A stretch of 64,000 bases of DNA from Candidatus Krumholzibacteriota bacterium (GCA_029262065.1 JAJDAC010000041.1:1430-65429); one strand, 5' to 3'. Positions 19,476 to 29,870 are shown, counted from the first letter of the stretch. The notes: a model not told the origin generated them from the letters alone. Program-made: numbers and translations.

Positions 19476-20092
19476 CCAAAGCCAGAAATCGCCAACGACG
19501 CCCACTCTTCCCAAGCTCCACCTTCCGGCGCTTCCTCAAGCGAGTCGATGTTTCGCCAAGCCGATCGGTGCGGCTCGGCCTGGGCGTCAACGCGCTCGGT
19601 GATCTCTTCGCGAGATAGCCCCAGCAATGCCACGTTCACGGAGTAGAGAATTCCCACGTGCACACTGCTCACATCGGTAGCGTCGCTGTTGATGAACCCG
19701 CGCATGGTGAATTGGCCCGGGGGAACCTCGAGGCCGGTTTCCTCATGCAGCTCGCGCAGCGCGCAGGCCAGAAATAGTCCCACTTCGCGCGCCTCGGGAG
19801 CGGTGCGATCGATCGGTTCGATATGACCGCCGAAACCAACGGTCCACAGTCCACCCAAGCGAGACTCGCTGTGCTTGACCTGTCGCTGATAGCAAAGAAC
19901 TTCGTCACCAAGGGTCAGTACCAGGTAAGGGATGACCTGCTTGAAGTGGCTGCAGTGCTCCATGTATTCGCGCTCGGCGAAGAACGCGGCCTGTTCCACT
20001 TGCTCGAGGTCGATGGCCGACATGTCCAGCAGGCCCTGGGGAGACAGACGCGGAAACAACTGGCTGCGGGGCACGACCATTACGAATTTCAA
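19463..20092 (-). CDS. NUDIX-fold hydrolase (predicted phosphoesterase)
   Basis: KQVIPY, ESRL, GFGGHIEP, ALRELHEETGL Nudix box, VSSVHVG. Confidence 0.85.
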   Translation of the reverse strand: MKFVMVVPRSQLFPRLSPQGLLDMSAIDLEQVEQAAFFAEREYMEHCSHFKQVIPYLVLTLGDEVLCYQRQVKHSESRLGGLWTVGFGGHIEPIDRTAPEAREVGLFLACALRELHEETGLEVPPGQFTMRGFINSDATDVSSVHVGILYSVNVALLGLSREEITERVDAQAEPHRSAWRNIDSLEEAPEGGAWEEWASLAISGFGPAG

Positions 20093-20113
20093 AAGTAGAC
20101 CTCGCTCAGGGCG

Positions 20114-21136
20114 CTACCAGTACAAGGACCGGTGCTCCTTGTAGAACTCCACCGTCTTGGCCAGACCCTCTTCCATGGTGGTCAGAGGCTTCCAACCGGT
20201 GGCCTTGGTGAATTTGGTGAAATCGGCCACGTAGTCGCCGGTTTCGATGACCTTGCGCTCTTCGGGCCAGGGAACCAGCTCGTACGAGCCGCTCCCGGCG
20301 TACTCGATGACCATTTCGGTGGCTTCGCGCAGGGTGCGCGGAACGCCGCTGCCCAGATTGAACGCCTCGCCGTCGCACGCATCTGGTCTCGAACCAGCAC
20401 GAAGAAAGGCGTCGGTGGCGTCATCCACGTAGTTGTAATCGCGCTTCTGACCACCATCGCCATATAGCTTGATGCTGCCACCGTCCATGGCCAGGCGAAT
20501 GAACCAATTCAGGATTCCGTATTTGGCGTGGCGCATCTGATGGCGCGGACCATAGCAGTTGTTGACCCGTAGACTCGTGAACTTCATGCCGTACGCGCGG
20601 TGATACACCAAGCCGTAGCCTTCGGCCGCGACCTTGTTCACGCCGTAGATGTCGGTGGGCTGCATGCGGTGTGTCTCATCCACGGGAATGGTGTCGAGCA
20701 CGCCGTATTGGCCGCGCGTGCCGGCGTACACTACATGGCAGTCGAGGTTGTTGTGACGCACTGCTTCGTATACGACCATGTTGCCACGACAGTTCACGTC
20801 GATGTCCCAGAATGGCTCGGTCATGGAATCCACGTGGCTTGTCTGCATGCCAATGTGGAACAGTACGTCCTTGCCCTGCACCAGGTGGTTCATGGCGTCC
20901 GCATCGCGGATGTCACACACGTTCACGTTGACGTCGTCGCGCACGGATTCCAGGTTGTTGTAGTTGGCGCCGAACAGAGGGTGGCAACTGTCGATCACCG
21001 TCACGTTGGCCCCCAGATGCACCAAATCGATGGCAACATGGCTGCCCAAGCACCCAAGTCCACCGGTAATGAGCACGTTCTTGCCCCGGTAGAAACCGGC
21101 GTAGTCGTTCTGGTTCGTGGTCAATGGAATCCCCAC
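20114..21136 (-). CDS. NAD-dependent nucleotide-sugar epimerase/dehydratase
   Basis: TGGLGCLG, YGVNK (YxxxK), NCYGP, GDGGQKRDYNYVDD. Confidence 0.92.
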   Translation of the reverse strand: MGIPLTTNQNDYAGFYRGKNVLITGGLGCLGSHVAIDLVHLGANVTVIDSCHPLFGANYNNLESVRDDVNVNVCDIRDADAMNHLVQGKDVLFHIGMQTSHVDSMTEPFWDIDVNCRGNMVVYEAVRHNNLDCHVVYAGTRGQYGVLDTIPVDETHRMQPTDIYGVNKVAAEGYGLVYHRAYGMKFTSLRVNNCYGPRHQMRHAKYGILNWFIRLAMDGGSIKLYGDGGQKRDYNYVDDATDAFLRAGSRPDACDGEAFNLGSGVPRTLREATEMVIEYAGSGSYELVPWPEERKVIETGDYVADFTKFTKATGWKPLTTMEEGLAKTVEFYKEHRSLYW

Positions 21137-21182
21137 CGCGTGTGACGCAACCTTGAGCGAGGGCGTAGTCTACACCAAAGCG

Positions 21183-21740
21183 TCAGGGCTTACAGCAGGG
21201 ACAGTCCTTGGCGTGGGTCCGGGGCCGGTAGTCCAGCACGTTGCCGCTGCCATCGCGCTCCAGTTCGCAACATTCCAACAGCATGGAGCGGAGTTGGTGC
21301 CGTCCTCGTTGCACACGGGACTTCAGGCCCGATGGCGAGAGACCCAGCTCCGCCGCCAATTCGCTCTGCTTTCGCCCCTGCAGATCGGCCAGCCGCACGG
21401 CCTGCGCCTGATCGGAGGGCATCTCGTTCAGGAAACCCTCAAACCAACCCCCCACCACCTCGTTCAGATTGCTCGCCGATTCGGGCTGGGCGACCGGCTC
21501 GTCTTGCAGCGGTGTCGTTGGCCGGGCGGCTTCGCGTCGCCCGTGATCGATCCAGACGTTGCGCGCGATCTGGAACACCCAGGCCGCCACGCGATCTTCG
21601 TCGCGCAGGCGGCCCAGGCCCTGATGGATGCGTAGGAACGTCTCCTGCGTGAGGTCGTCGGCCGTGGTCGAGTCGGTCCGGGTTCGGAACCACGCATGGA
21701 TCCGAGCCTGGAACTCGTGCCACAGGCGCTCGCTGGTCAC
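21183..21740 (-). CDS. sigZ: ECF RNA polymerase sigma factor, SigZ-like
   Basis: DDLTQETFLRIH, AWVFQIARN, KSRVQRGR..LR..L.ECC, C-terminal CPCC; GTG 21740 follows the arsI stop. Confidence 0.82.
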   Translation of the reverse strand: MTSERLWHEFQARIHAWFRTRTDSTTADDLTQETFLRIHQGLGRLRDEDRVAAWVFQIARNVWIDHGRREAARPTTPLQDEPVAQPESASNLNEVVGGWFEGFLNEMPSDQAQAVRLADLQGRKQSELAAELGLSPSGLKSRVQRGRHQLRSMLLECCELERDGSGNVLDYRPRTHAKDCPCCKP

Positions 21741-21744
21741 GCCT

Positions 21745-22182
21745 TTACCCGCAGCAACCGGGCGCGTCGCCACATGCCGTATCGGCCACGACGGGGTCGG
21801 ACAGGATGGTGTAGATCTCCCACTCGTGTCCGTCGGGGTCGGTGACCCAGGCCTTGTCCTGCTTCGAATAGCAGCAGTCCGTGCCCAGCTCGAGTCTTGG
21901 CTCCAGGCCGCGTGACTTCAACCGATCGATAGCGGCGGCCACCTGGTCGGCATCGGCCAGTTGGACGCCCATATGATGCACCGCGCTGCGTGCCAGCGGA
22001 GCATCGGTGACATTCAACGACAGCTGAAGGGGTGGGTTGGCCACCACGAAACGTGCGTAGTCGTGGTGCACCGGATCGGGCGCCTGATCGAACAGGGCGC
22101 GGTAGAAGTCCATGCTGGCGTCCAGATCATTCGTGGCCAGGGCCAGATGCACGCGGGCCGTGGAAGCAAAGGTCGTAGTCAT
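21745..22182 (-). CDS. arsI: ArsI/CadI family VOC metalloenzyme (C-As lyase-like)
   Basis: RVHLAL, HHMGVQ, TDCCYSKQDKAWVTDPDGHEWEIY, C-terminal CC; ATG 22182 after AGGAGG. Confidence 0.82.
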   Translation of the reverse strand: MTTTFASTARVHLALATNDLDASMDFYRALFDQAPDPVHHDYARFVVANPPLQLSLNVTDAPLARSAVHHMGVQLADADQVAAAIDRLKSRGLEPRLELGTDCCYSKQDKAWVTDPDGHEWEIYTILSDPVVADTACGDAPGCCG

Positions 22183-22235
22183 TCTCAAATCCTCCTGAAG
22201 GGACGGCTCGATTGGCCGGGCTCGCTGTATGGGAA

Positions 22236-22265
22236 GAGACGCAGCGGGTCCCAAAAGGACGCAGC
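22236..22265 (-). promoter_or_regulatory. Putative SigZ-type ECF promoter (GCTGCGTCCTTTT...GCTGCGTCT)
   Basis: Direct repeat GCTGCGTC about 55 nt upstream of arsI-sigZ; spacing compatible with ECF -35/-10. Confidence 0.45.
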
Positions 22266-22320
22266 TTTTGTTCATCCAAGCGAATTAGGCGCGGGGCCGC
22301 CAGGAGAAAGAACGCCTGGT

Positions 22321-23442
22321 TCACGGGTTACGCAGCCGGAACATCTGTTCGGCCGCCAGCAGCACGGCGCCCGCGCCGTACTCCATGGAAGTGTCCAGCC
22401 GCGCGGGCCTGGGTTGATCGCTGGGCAACTGGACCCACGCCACGCGACCGTCGGGCTGAATCGCCGACACCACTCCGCTCCAGGCACGATCGAGGACCGG
22501 CCCAAATTCGGCGGCTGACAACAGTTCGTGCCGAATCCCCCAGGCGATGGCGGCACAAAACAGAGCCGACGCGCTTGTTTCGGGCGTGTTCCACGTATCC
22601 GGCTCGAGCAGGCTGACGCCCCAGCGTCCATCAACCTGGGCCAGGCTCGCGATCCGCGTGCACATATCGACAAGCAACGCCTCGTAGCGCTCCCGAGACT
22701 CGAATCCAGCCGGTACCGCATCGAGAATGCGCGTGATCGCAACCGCAACCCACCCGTTACCCCGCCCCCAGAACACCGGTCCACCGGCGCGTTGTTCGGG
22801 AAGATAACGCGCGTCGCGATAGAACAGATGCTGGCCGGCGTCGTAGAGGTGGTCAACCACATCCCAGAAACGATCGTCCATGGAGTCGAGATACTCCGGC
22901 TCGCCGGTCGCGTGCGACAGCTTCGCCCAGGCTGGCGGTTCCATGAACAGGGCATCGCACCACGACCACTCATCACGCCCCGGTCGCGGTTGCTCCCGAA
23001 CCGCATCGAACCGCGCACGCAGCGGTTCGATGTCGACACGGGCATCTACACGATCAGCGGCGCCGGTCGCGAACTTGCCGTGCAGCTCCAGGTAGACCTG
23101 GGCCGCGCAATGGTCATCGGCATGACGACGCGGGCCCAGGGCCCATTGGTTCGCCCGCCCCCACTCCATCGCGGCCAAGCGGTAGCGTTCATCACCGGTG
23201 ACCCGATACGTGGCCATGACCCCGGTGAAGAAAACGGCCCGAATCCAGCTGGTGTTTTCCAGGGGAACCTCGCGGCCGCGCAGGGTAGTCCAGGTGGCCT
23301 GCCGATTCGCAAGCTGCCAATCGCAGACGCGGCGCATGACCTCCTCGATCGGCGCCGCCGCCGTCAGTTGTCCGGTACCCTGTCCGTGACAAGCCGCCGA
23401 CATGGTCAGCAGAAACAAGGCGATGGAGACTCGTTTGGTCAT
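22321..23442 (-). CDS. Glycoside hydrolase family 105/88 (unsaturated glycuronyl hydrolase), probably lipoprotein
   Basis: HADDHC, WSWCDALFMEPP, FWGRGNGW, ETSASALF, YGAGAVLLA. Confidence 0.88.
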   Translation of the reverse strand: MTKRVSIALFLLTMSAACHGQGTGQLTAAAPIEEVMRRVCDWQLANRQATWTTLRGREVPLENTSWIRAVFFTGVMATYRVTGDERYRLAAMEWGRANQWALGPRRHADDHCAAQVYLELHGKFATGAADRVDARVDIEPLRARFDAVREQPRPGRDEWSWCDALFMEPPAWAKLSHATGEPEYLDSMDDRFWDVVDHLYDAGQHLFYRDARYLPEQRAGGPVFWGRGNGWVAVAITRILDAVPAGFESRERYEALLVDMCTRIASLAQVDGRWGVSLLEPDTWNTPETSASALFCAAIAWGIRHELLSAAEFGPVLDRAWSGVVSAIQPDGRVAWVQLPSDQPRPARLDTSMEYGAGAVLLAAEQMFRLRNP

Positions 23443-23558
23443 TCTGATTGATCCTGTGGCTATTCAGGCCGAAGCGTCGATGGTAGCATCACGCGCCTGG
23501 CTCGCGGAGAAGGTCGCACATCGAACAATAGCTGACTACGGCAGGAAGAGAGTGGCCC

Positions 23559-24005
23559 ATGTACATCATGGAAACCGACAACCGGATACTGCTCAAACTG
23601 GAACGCGGCGAGCCCGTGATCCACACCATCGAGAACTTCGCGGCCACGCGCCAGATTCCCAACGCCATGGTCTTTGGTATTGGCGCCGTTGACAATGTGG
23701 AGATTGGCGCGTACGACCTGGCTAGCCGGACCTACACACGCAAACAGTTCGACGGGGCCTACGAACTCACCAATCTCACGGGCAACATAGGCTACAAGGA
23801 AACGACTCCCGTGTTCCACGCACACGTAACCCTCAGCGATCACGACTGCCGCGCGTACGGCGGCCACCTCTTCGAAATGAGCGTGTACGCCACGGTGGAA
23901 TTGGTACTATGGCCGGGCAACAATCGGCTACGACGTACCATGGACGACGACATTGGTTTGGCGCTGTGGAATCTGCCGCACTGTGTGACCGAATCGGAAT
24001 TCTGA
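23559..24005 (+). CDS. PPC/DUF296 domain protein
   Basis: GIGAV, ELTNLTGNI, HAHVTLSD, GGHL. Confidence 0.9.
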   Translation: MYIMETDNRILLKLERGEPVIHTIENFAATRQIPNAMVFGIGAVDNVEIGAYDLASRTYTRKQFDGAYELTNLTGNIGYKETTPVFHAHVTLSDHDCRAYGGHLFEMSVYATVELVLWPGNNRLRRTMDDDIGLALWNLPHCVTESEF

Positions 24006-24012
24006 GGAGACC

Positions 24013-24627
24013 ATGAGCCACCCTCGCAACAACACCAAACACGCGGCCGAACTTCTCAACATCTTGACCGCGCCGGTTACCGATTTCGACTGCGGCACGC
24101 TCTGCGCGCCGGGAAACGGTGGGGTGCCGGTGTGCTGCCACGCGGAAAGCGTGGTGCCCGTGCTCTACAAATCCGAATTCGAGGTCCTGAAACGACGCAC
24201 CAAACTGTGGCGTAAGTATCAGCCTCGGACCGCACACCAGCGGGGACTGAACAAGGACATGCGTTCGTGCGACATGCTGGCGGTGTGCAAGGGCGCGGAG
24301 TTCTGCGAACGCGACAACCGATCGATCGTCTGCCGTACGTTTCCTTTCGAACCGTATCTGGATCACGACGGAGTACTGGCCGGCCTGGTCTACAACTTCG
24401 AGTACCTGGGAACCTGTCCGCTGGTGGGCAGCAAACACAAGGTCCTACCGGAGTTCGTCGACCAGAGCATGCAGTTGTGGGATCGGATGTTCGACCTGTG
24501 GCCGACCGAGCAGGACTTCTATTTCCTGATCTCCCAGACCATTCGCCGCTCGTTCGGACAGAGGCGAAAGACCATCCCCGTACACACGCGCACCGGTATT
24601 CGGCAGTTTCGTACGACTCGCGCCTAG
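24013..24627 (+). CDS. YkgJ-like cysteine-cluster (Zn/Fe-S) protein
   Basis: FDCGTLC...VCC, C.G...C, RSIVCRTFPF, CPL. Confidence 0.65.
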   Translation: MSHPRNNTKHAAELLNILTAPVTDFDCGTLCAPGNGGVPVCCHAESVVPVLYKSEFEVLKRRTKLWRKYQPRTAHQRGLNKDMRSCDMLAVCKGAEFCERDNRSIVCRTFPFEPYLDHDGVLAGLVYNFEYLGTCPLVGSKHKVLPEFVDQSMQLWDRMFDLWPTEQDFYFLISQTIRRSFGQRRKTIPVHTRTGIRQFRTTRA

Positions 24628-25643
24628 GGCTCGAAGAACAGCAGCTTCTCTTCTTCTTCCATCTGGGCCAGGCGTCGATGTTTGCGCCAGTAGGCCCTGG
24701 CCGCGCCCAGCAGGAACAGAAACGTCATGGCCGTGAACAACGAGCCGGCGCTGCCGACCGCGGCAATCCAGCCGTAGCGTACGCGCACACTCTTGTCGAA
24801 CTCTGTCGCGAACTGCTGCATCGAAACGCCCGTGACCTCGCGAAACGCCGTGTCGAAGCGTCCGGTTTCGGCCGCGCGATCCACCACGGCCCGCCATCCG
24901 CCTTTTTCCTGTAGTTGCTTCTCCAACTCACTGACCGCGCGCATGCTGATCTGATACGCCAACCCGGCGGCATGACCGCCCGCGGGAAAAGCACGGCTGA
25001 GTTGAGACAACGGTCTGAGATCCTGGGTGCCAGCCGCCCTCACCATGGCAAACGAGTCCAGCAGACGCCACTCGCCCGATTGCCACTGCGCCACACCCTC
25101 CACGAACCAACGCGGCACACCCGCGCCACCTAGTCGCTGGCCCAGGTACACGTGGGACAATTCGTGTCGCAACACCTCGTCCAGGCTCTTGCGACCGCGG
25201 GCAATGGCCTCGACGTTCAAGACGATGGGACCGCCGGGCCAACTGGCGAAGCCAACTCCCCACTCGGGAAGAAAACCGGCGCGCGCCCAACCCGAAAACG
25301 TGCGTTCACTCAGCAACACCACTTCCACCGGCGCCGGATCCGACACGCCCAGCTGGGTAGCGATTTCGGCGGACGCACGAGGCCACAGCTGGGCCACGGC
25401 ACCTACCGCACCCGCCAGCGATTCCTCGGCGCGGATGCTACCGGGAGGATCCTGGAGTGCGCGATGCAGGGGCGTGCGGTCGGTCTGCGCCGCCGCGGCC
25501 GCGGCCGCGACGAGCAGGAGCACCGACACCAGGCCCGCCTTGATGGCGCGCCCAAAGGGCAGGTGGCGCAGCCGGGTCAGCCGCGTCCCAGATCGACGGA
25601 TGGTTCCAGGGAATCGTCCAGAAACCGGAGAATGTCGTTCCAC
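24624..25643 (-). CDS. Peptidase MA-clan metalloprotease, membrane-anchored (start uncertain, likely near 25580)
   Basis: LRHELSH...VPRWFVEGVAQW, C-terminal TM. Confidence 0.8.
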   Translation of the reverse strand: MERHSPVSGRFPGTIRRSGTRLTRLRHLPFGRAIKAGLVSVLLLVAAAAAAAQTDRTPLHRALQDPPGSIRAEESLAGAVGAVAQLWPRASAEIATQLGVSDPAPVEVVLLSERTFSGWARAGFLPEWGVGFASWPGGPIVLNVEAIARGRKSLDEVLRHELSHVYLGQRLGGAGVPRWFVEGVAQWQSGEWRLLDSFAMVRAAGTQDLRPLSQLSRAFPAGGHAAGLAYQISMRAVSELEKQLQEKGGWRAVVDRAAETGRFDTAFREVTGVSMQQFATEFDKSVRVRYGWIAAVGSAGSLFTAMTFLFLLGAARAYWRKHRRLAQMEEEEKLLFFEP

Positions 25644-26566
25644 GCTTCTTTTGCCGCCTCGAGACGCTCCGGCGTATGACGCTCGGGGTCGTCCCAGAAG
25701 ATGAATCCGTGGGCTCCGTGCTCGTAGACTCGACAGACGTCCTGGGTGCGACCGGCGGCCTTGAGGGCCTCGATCATGGTCAACGCCTGTTGCTTGGGGA
25801 CAACTTCGTCCAGGGCGCCTTGCACCAGAAAGATAGGTGCATCGCTCAATTTGCCCACCAGATCCACGGCATTGCGGCTGGCAAACGCTTCGGGCTTGTC
25901 CTTGGGGCCATGGCCGTAGATGCGACGGCTGAGGTCGTCGCTTACGTCAAATTCGTTGTCCAGCAAGTACTGGTACCAGTCATAGATCTCCATGACGCCG
26001 TAGGCGGCAACCACGGCGCGTACCAGATTCCTGGCTTCGGGGCGGGCGAGCGCCTTCACCGAAATCAGGGCGCCGTGGCTGGTACCCATGAGAGCGAACT
26101 GTCCAGGCACGATACCGGGGTGGTTTTCCAGCAGTTTCATGGCCGCCAGAACGTCATCGACCTCCCCGGCCGCCACTTCGATTTCACCCTCGCTGTCGTC
26201 TTCGCCCCGGTAGCTGGGCGCGAAGACAATGTAGCCTTGCTTGGCCAGCCATCGGCACTTCTCGCGCGTGCCTTCGGACACACCGCCAACGCCACCATGA
26301 TTGAAGATGACGCAGGGCTCGACGTCGGCCTCGCTGAACGGGTTCACAAACAACCAACCGGTGACCTTGAGATCACCCGAGGGATAGCTCACGTACGCCT
26401 GTTCTATGTCATCGACCAACCCCCGGTCGAGGATCTCGAATCCGGGCTCCTCGGCCTGGCAGGCCGACGTCCAAGAACCAAGGACCAGCACCACCACCAT
26501 GCTCAGCCACGAACTGGATCCTTGTAGCCGCAATCCATGGCGCGCTAGTTTGTAGTCGTGATGCAT
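25577..26566 (-). CDS. Alpha/beta hydrolase, S9 peptidase-like (start uncertain, 26566 or 26500)
   Basis: NHGG, SYRG, GTSHGA nucleophile elbow, QGALDEVV, GAHGF. Confidence 0.85.
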   Translation of the reverse strand: MHHDYKLARHGLRLQGSSSWLSMVVVLVLGSWTSACQAEEPGFEILDRGLVDDIEQAYVSYPSGDLKVTGWLFVNPFSEADVEPCVIFNHGGVGGVSEGTREKCRWLAKQGYIVFAPSYRGEDDSEGEIEVAAGEVDDVLAAMKLLENHPGIVPGQFALMGTSHGALISVKALARPEARNLVRAVVAAYGVMEIYDWYQYLLDNEFDVSDDLSRRIYGHGPKDKPEAFASRNAVDLVGKLSDAPIFLVQGALDEVVPKQQALTMIEALKAAGRTQDVCRVYEHGAHGFIFWDDPERHTPERLEAAKEAWNDILRFLDDSLEPSVDLGRG

Positions 26567-26578
26567 GAATCGACCTCG

Positions 26579-27325
26579 ATGATTCCGGAAGAACTGATCG
26601 CGCGCCTGGACGAACGCGCGTGCGTCGTGGTGCTCACTGGTGCCGGCATCTCGGCCGCGAGTGGTGTACCCACGTTCCGAGGAACCGACGGCCTCTGGAA
26701 GAATTACCGCGCCACCGACCTGGCCACTCCCGAGGCTTTCGCCCAGGACCCCGCGCTGGTATGGGAATGGTACGGCTGGCGCCGTGATCTCGTGCGCGCC
26801 TGCCAGCCCAACCCCGCCCACCGGGCGTTGGTTGACCTGGCACCAATGGTCGCACGATTAGCCATAGTAACCCAAAACGTAGACGGCCTCCACGAGCGCG
26901 CTTCGGCCGAGGTCCCGGTCCTACGCCTCCACGGCAGCCTGTGGCAGATGCGGTGCGTGGCATGCGGGCGCGAAATCGAGAACCATGAACCAGGCCCAGC
27001 CCCCGGCGAATTGCCTCGGTGCACGAGTTGTGGCGAATTGCTGCGTCCCTCCGTGGTCTGGTTCGGCGAAGCCCTGGACGATTGGGTGCTGGGCCAAGCC
27101 GGACAACTGACCAGTGAAGCCACCGTATTCATGGTCGTGGGAACCAGCGGGGTGGTGTACCCGGCCGCCTCGTTCGCGGCCCTGGCCGCCCAGGCCGGCG
27201 CGTACGTGGTCAGCTTCAACGTAGACGACGGCGCGCGCTCGGACTCGGCCCACGATCATGTCAATTCGCCCTGCGAGGTCTCAATGCCACTCCTCGTGCG
27301 GGAAGTAGCCGCCAGGCGCCCATGA
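26579..27325 (+). CDS. cobB: NAD-dependent protein deacylase (sirtuin)
   Basis: TGAGISAASGVPTFRG, TQNVDGLH, HGS, two CxxC, RPSVVWFGE, GTSGVVYPAA. Confidence 0.95.
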   Translation: MIPEELIARLDERACVVVLTGAGISAASGVPTFRGTDGLWKNYRATDLATPEAFAQDPALVWEWYGWRRDLVRACQPNPAHRALVDLAPMVARLAIVTQNVDGLHERASAEVPVLRLHGSLWQMRCVACGREIENHEPGPAPGELPRCTSCGELLRPSVVWFGEALDDWVLGQAGQLTSEATVFMVVGTSGVVYPAASFAALAAQAGAYVVSFNVDDGARSDSAHDHVNSPCEVSMPLLVREVAARRP

Positions 27326-28680
27326 AATCCACGCTCTACTTCATCGTGCTGACCCTCGTTCTAACGTCGCCGTCTCCAGATGCGCGGGCGCAGCTGCTGG
27401 ACGCGCGATCGGTCGGACTGGGCGGAGCGCTGGCGCCTGACACGCGGAGCGCGGACCGAATCAACCCCGCCATGCGGGGACTGCCGGGCGAAGCCCGACG
27501 ACGGTATTCGATACGCGTACCGTTTTTTCTCCTGCAACAGCTCGACGACCGGCCCACGCTGAACGGGGGCGACAACGACTTCGACCTGAGCCACGTGGCC
27601 CAATGGATGGTCAAGATACCAGCCGGTCTACAATGGCAGCGCCAGAAACCACTTTCGGAAAGCACGGAACTGGTTGACTCCGGCAGCCAATGGCAGGCGA
27701 CGAGATCCGATCTCCAACGCGACCTTCCTCCCACCAGTTTCACGCGGGGCGAGACGATCGACGCTTTCGACCTGGGCTACGAGCTCGACCTTGGCGAACG
27801 CCACGGCGTGGTGTATCTGAGCGCCGTACAGGGTTTCGCGGTGAGCGAAGTCGATGTGGAAGTGTCCGGCGGGTACGAAAGCCTGCTCGCCAACGGCGCC
27901 GGACAGGCGACGGCGACGACCCGAGGGTTTCTGGCCACGGGTTTCAGCTACGGCCTTACGTACGCACGAGAGGTAGCGCTGGGAAACGGAGCCGGTGCGG
28001 GCGATTTCGATGACTACTTCGACCAGGCCGATGCCCGCCCCCGACTGTGGATTGGTCTTGGACTACGTCGCTTGAACGGACTCGCTTACGCCCGCACGCA
28101 GGGCAACACCACCCTGTCATCGGTGACCGGTGACGCGGCTTCGATCGCCGTGGATACCGTCATGGACTACGAGTCCGCGGCGGCCGAGGGCTTGTCTCGC
28201 TGGGGTGGCGGTTTCGCGGCCGACCTCGGCGCGGTTCTGCGATGGCGCGGATTCGAGTGGCGGGCCGGCGTGGCCGACCTGGGTGCGTCTCTCAAATGGT
28301 CTGACGCCGACCGCGCCACGATCTCGCAAGATCCTGCATCCTCTGTAACTCGTTCGCGCGAAGCCAGGTCCCTCGACCTGCCTACGCGTTGGCGGGTGCA
28401 CCTACGCAAGCTTGCAGCGACGAACGAAACCATGGCGTTGATCGAAGCAGGAGAAGACGCGGGTGGTTTCAGTGCCCGATCCGCGATCGAAACCACACGA
28501 GGTCGCCTTGGTGCCCGTGTGGGGGTCGAGTTCGACACGCGCGAAACCTGGCAATTCGCCGGCGGCCTTTCGGTGAATCGTGAGAAACTGCGAGTCGATG
28601 TGGGGCTGCGTACGCACAGTGGCAACCTCAACCAGACACGCGGGGTCGCCTTGACCATGGGCCTATCGTGGTTGCGCTAG
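27322..28680 (+). CDS. Putative outer-membrane beta-barrel protein
   Basis: Signal peptide, DARSVGLGG..NPA start, amphipathic strands, terminal LTMGLSW; ATGA overlap with cobB. Confidence 0.55.
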   Translation: MKSTLYFIVLTLVLTSPSPDARAQLLDARSVGLGGALAPDTRSADRINPAMRGLPGEARRRYSIRVPFFLLQQLDDRPTLNGGDNDFDLSHVAQWMVKIPAGLQWQRQKPLSESTELVDSGSQWQATRSDLQRDLPPTSFTRGETIDAFDLGYELDLGERHGVVYLSAVQGFAVSEVDVEVSGGYESLLANGAGQATATTRGFLATGFSYGLTYAREVALGNGAGAGDFDDYFDQADARPRLWIGLGLRRLNGLAYARTQGNTTLSSVTGDAASIAVDTVMDYESAAAEGLSRWGGGFAADLGAVLRWRGFEWRAGVADLGASLKWSDADRATISQDPASSVTRSREARSLDLPTRWRVHLRKLAATNETMALIEAGEDAGGFSARSAIETTRGRLGARVGVEFDTRETWQFAGGLSVNREKLRVDVGLRTHSGNLNQTRGVALTMGLSWLR

Positions 28681-29870
28681 GGGGCGAGGATCCGAGCCGC
28701 GTGCACCGTCTCGTCCACGCCGACTTCCACATCCGGCGTGGCCGACACCTTCACACCCGTTCGCATGGGCAGGATGAGATAGAACGCCATCCCTTCGTCA
28801 CCCACCGGTCGCACCACGATGGTTCCACCGTGGAATTCCAGAACGTACATGGCAATCGGCAACGATAGGCCGCTGCCGCGTTGGTGATTTTCTATTTCGT
28901 AGGTGAGCTCGAACCGCTGGAACAAACCGGTCAGCTTCGACTCAGGAATAATCGGGCCCGTGTTGAAAATGCGAAGCGCCTTCCACCACCCGCCCGACGT
29001 CGAAGCCGCCTCCATGAACTCCGAGACGGGGACCGCGTCTTCCCTCACATGGTCCACGACCTCGAGTTCGACGCGACCGCCCGCGCCGTTGTGCCGCACT
29101 GCGTTGTCGAAGATCTTCTCGAGAGCCACCTGGAGTAGGGTCCAATCGCCGTCGGCGAACAACTCCCGTTCGACCTCCAAATTGTTCTGCAGGAAGACAC
29201 CGCATTTTTCGGCGAACTCAGCCTGCTCCTGCAATTTGGTTCCCACCAGTTTGGAAAACGAAAACTCTTCAAAATTCGAACGGCTGTGACTGGATTGTAG
29301 TGAGGCCATGAGAATGGCGTCGTTCATGAAGCCGGCGAGTCGCTGCCCACTTTCGTACACGATCTTCATGAATTCGGTCTCCACATCGGTGCGCTCGAAC
29401 GAGTCGTCACACAGAAACTCGATGCCGCCCATGATTGAAGTCAGCGGTGTACGCACCTCGTGACTGACCAGCGCCAGGAAGCTGTCTTTCATCGACTCGA
29501 CGCTCTCGACCTCGGCCAATGCGTCTTGCAACCGTTGGCTCTGCCGTGTCAGGGCCACGTTCGTGGTGTGCAGATCAGCGACCATCGAATTGAACGATCG
29601 GGCCAAGCGCGCGAACTCGTCGTTGCCCTGCACGGGAATTCGCCGCGCCAGATCACCCTGGGAAACCTGATCGATTACCTCGCTCATTTCCGCTACTCGT
29701 CGACGAACCCCACGAGCCACGAAGAGCGCGGCCAGAAAGGCCACCATTCCACCGGCCACCAGACCCCACACGGCTCCCAGGCGCAGGGTCGCGAGAGGGC
29801 CCGCACACGCCAGCAAGGCGATGATCGGAATGACCCGGGGGGCCAAAGAGAGGCGCTGGGACAATCTCAA
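28677..29870 (-). CDS. Sensor histidine kinase (2 TM-HAMP-HisKA-HATPase)
   Basis: DEFARLARSFNSM HAMP, SHEVRTPLT, DNAVRHN, GSGLSL; start estimated at TTG 29870. Confidence 0.88.
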   Translation of the reverse strand: MRLSQRLSLAPRVIPIIALLACAGPLATLRLGAVWGLVAGGMVAFLAALFVARGVRRRVAEMSEVIDQVSQGDLARRIPVQGNDEFARLARSFNSMVADLHTTNVALTRQSQRLQDALAEVESVESMKDSFLALVSHEVRTPLTSIMGGIEFLCDDSFERTDVETEFMKIVYESGQRLAGFMNDAILMASLQSSHSRSNFEEFSFSKLVGTKLQEQAEFAEKCGVFLQNNLEVERELFADGDWTLLQVALEKIFDNAVRHNGAGGRVELEVVDHVREDAVPVSEFMEAASTSGGWWKALRIFNTGPIIPESKLTGLFQRFELTYEIENHQRGSGLSLPIAMYVLEFHGGTIVVRPVGDEGMAFYLILPMRTGVKVSATPDVEVGVDETVHAARILAP

